A DNA stretch of 64,000 nucleotides, taken from assembly GCA_963712515.1 (NCBI GenBank), contig CAVQIG010000002.1, positions 9,408 through 73,407 on the forward strand, written 5' to 3'. A program made the translations under genes and the position numbers. This document shows, piece by piece, positions 63,289 to 64,000 of the stretch (its first letter is position 1; each line of letters opens with the position of its first letter). The stretch is from an uncultured delta proteobacterium. Lineage in GTDB: Bacteria > Desulfobacterota > Binatia > JACPRU01. The notes beneath the pieces were generated by a model, which saw nothing but the letters and a program-made list of their open reading frames with translations, did no database searches and had not been told where the DNA came from.

Positions 63289-63660
63289 ATGCTGATCGTC
63301 GCCAGCACTCTGGCCTTGCACAGGGCCTCGGCGCAGCAGCGCGGGGTTAAGTGCACGGAACTATAGCGCCACTCTCTGAGCGTCCCCGGACGTGAAGTCA
63401 TACAGGTACGAGTCGAGCTCGAGCCCGGAGTAACGTTCGGCAAGCATTGGCATCCGGGAGAGGAACTTGTCCTCGTTGTTGAGGGGTCGCTGGAATATGA
63501 GGTCGAGGGTAGCCCGCCGAGGACCCTCAAGGCGAACGATGTGCTTTTCATCCCGGCAGGTGTTGTCCACGCGGTGAAAAATGTCGGTAGCGACAACGGC
63601 GCCGAGATCGCCACGTACATTGTCGAAATAGGCAAGCCGCTCCTCGTGCTTGCCCCGTGA
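63289..63660 (+). CDS. cupin-domain protein with an in-frame TAG at 63364 (pseudogene or sequence error)
   Basis: Downstream frame encodes GVTFGKHWHPGEELVLVVEGSLEYEVEG...LFIPAGVVHAVKNVGSDNGAEIATYIVE, a clear cupin core; ATG 63289 is 26 bp after the IS1595 right end. Confidence 0.4.
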
Positions 63661-63734
63661 GCACTTCTGACGTCATAAGGATAATCATAGGGATCGGAAC
63701 GACGCGGAATTGCGGCATTCAACTCGCATGACTG

Positions 63735-63768
63735 GCTGAAAAGATGGTGGCCAGGGGCGGAATCGAAC
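63735..63768 (-). other. tRNA 3'-half-like fragment (T-arm + acceptor 3' strand + CCA)
   Basis: Reverse complement reads gtgtcGGTGGTTCGATTCCGCCcctggccaCCA with canonical GTTCGATTC T-loop; no matching 5' acceptor strand or anticodon arm could be folded upstream, so probably not a complete tRNA. Confidence 0.3.
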
Positions 63769-63847
63769 CACCGACACGCGAATTTTCAGTCGTTGCGGTA
63801 GGCAACCCTAGACGACCCAAGACGACCTAGCAGCCTGATCTCGTTCG

Positions 63848-63891
63848 CTTCACATCCCGCCCCGAGTTGACCTGAGTCGTCTCAGGTCGGC
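63848..63891. other. nested perfect hairpin (10-bp outer stem ccgccccgag/ctcggggcgg enclosing 8-bp stem gacctgag/ctcaggtc)
   Basis: Read directly from sequence. Confidence 0.5.
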
Positions 63892-64000
63892 TCGGGGCGG
63901 TTGCATTTCGGTTGTGGATGAGCCACCCCCAAGCTGGCTGTGAGACTTGTGCATCGACTTAAGTTCATATTTCCAGTGTTCAAACGGCGCTATATTTGGT

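Noticed and set aside
63735-63830. Complete tRNA gene
   Set aside because: T-arm and CCA end are convincing but no acceptor 5' strand, D-arm or anticodon stem could be paired. The upstream sequence instead contains a direct repeat (gacgaccc…gacgacct). Downgraded to a 3' fragment.
1-64000. CRISPR array
   Set aside because: No series of regularly spaced short direct repeats anywhere. The only sizeable repeats are the 270-bp pair, IS inverted repeats and family-derived fragments.

Overview
The window is a high-GC (by eye roughly 65-70%) bacterial chromosomal segment that looks like a decayed accessory region, not core genome. Features below are listed in coordinate order: toxin-antitoxin (TA) and restriction genes, truncated housekeeping genes, mobile elements and a mix of metabolic and envelope genes.

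- **Defence/TA island (about 0.7-6.3 kb).** A MazEF pair, a lower-GC Mrr type IV restriction gene with an adjacent HNH nuclease, and two VapBC pairs sit here. They lie among remnants of dedA and nuoN, and most of the block is bracketed by a ~270-bp direct repeat (713-979 and 4573-4849).
- **Multi-copy family fragments.** At least five fragments of a signal-transduction family (double zinc ribbon, adenylate cyclase, AAA ATPase, TPR) are scattered across the window.
- **Frameshifted large genes.** A SWIM-SNF2 helicase, an adenylate-cyclase/TPR gene, a PQQ alcohol dehydrogenase, a flotillin, NfeD and a porin are each broken by one or more frameshifts. At least two breaks fall in 7-nt G or C homopolymers, so these may be indel errors from assembly or collapsed paralogs, not true pseudogenes.
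- **Intact genes.**
  - ABC exporter
  - nitrilase-family hydrolase
  - PLD-like protein
  - MenB
  - four luciferase-like oxidoreductases of the LLM class that are typically F420-dependent
  - pterin dehydratase
  - GNAT / methyltransferase / CapK-like ligase cluster
  - L,D-transpeptidase with Sel1 repeats
  - delta-60-repeat secreted protein
- **Mobile DNA.** An IS4-family IS, an IS1595-family IS with its inverted repeats and an 8-10 bp target duplication, and an IS481 transposase fragment are present. A tRNA 3'-end-like fragment lies at the right edge.
- **Best candidates for novelty.**
  - A lower-GC islet (about 55.6-57.4 kb) encodes a 320-aa CYTH-like protein behind a 10-bp inverted-repeat operator, next to the IS4.
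  - A 623-aa uncharacterised protein with a central transmembrane (TM) helix sits behind an AT-rich promoter (47.8-49.9 kb).
  - A small ribbon-helix-helix (RHH)-containing cassette lies at 44.0-45.0 kb.

No CRISPR array and no rRNA were seen.
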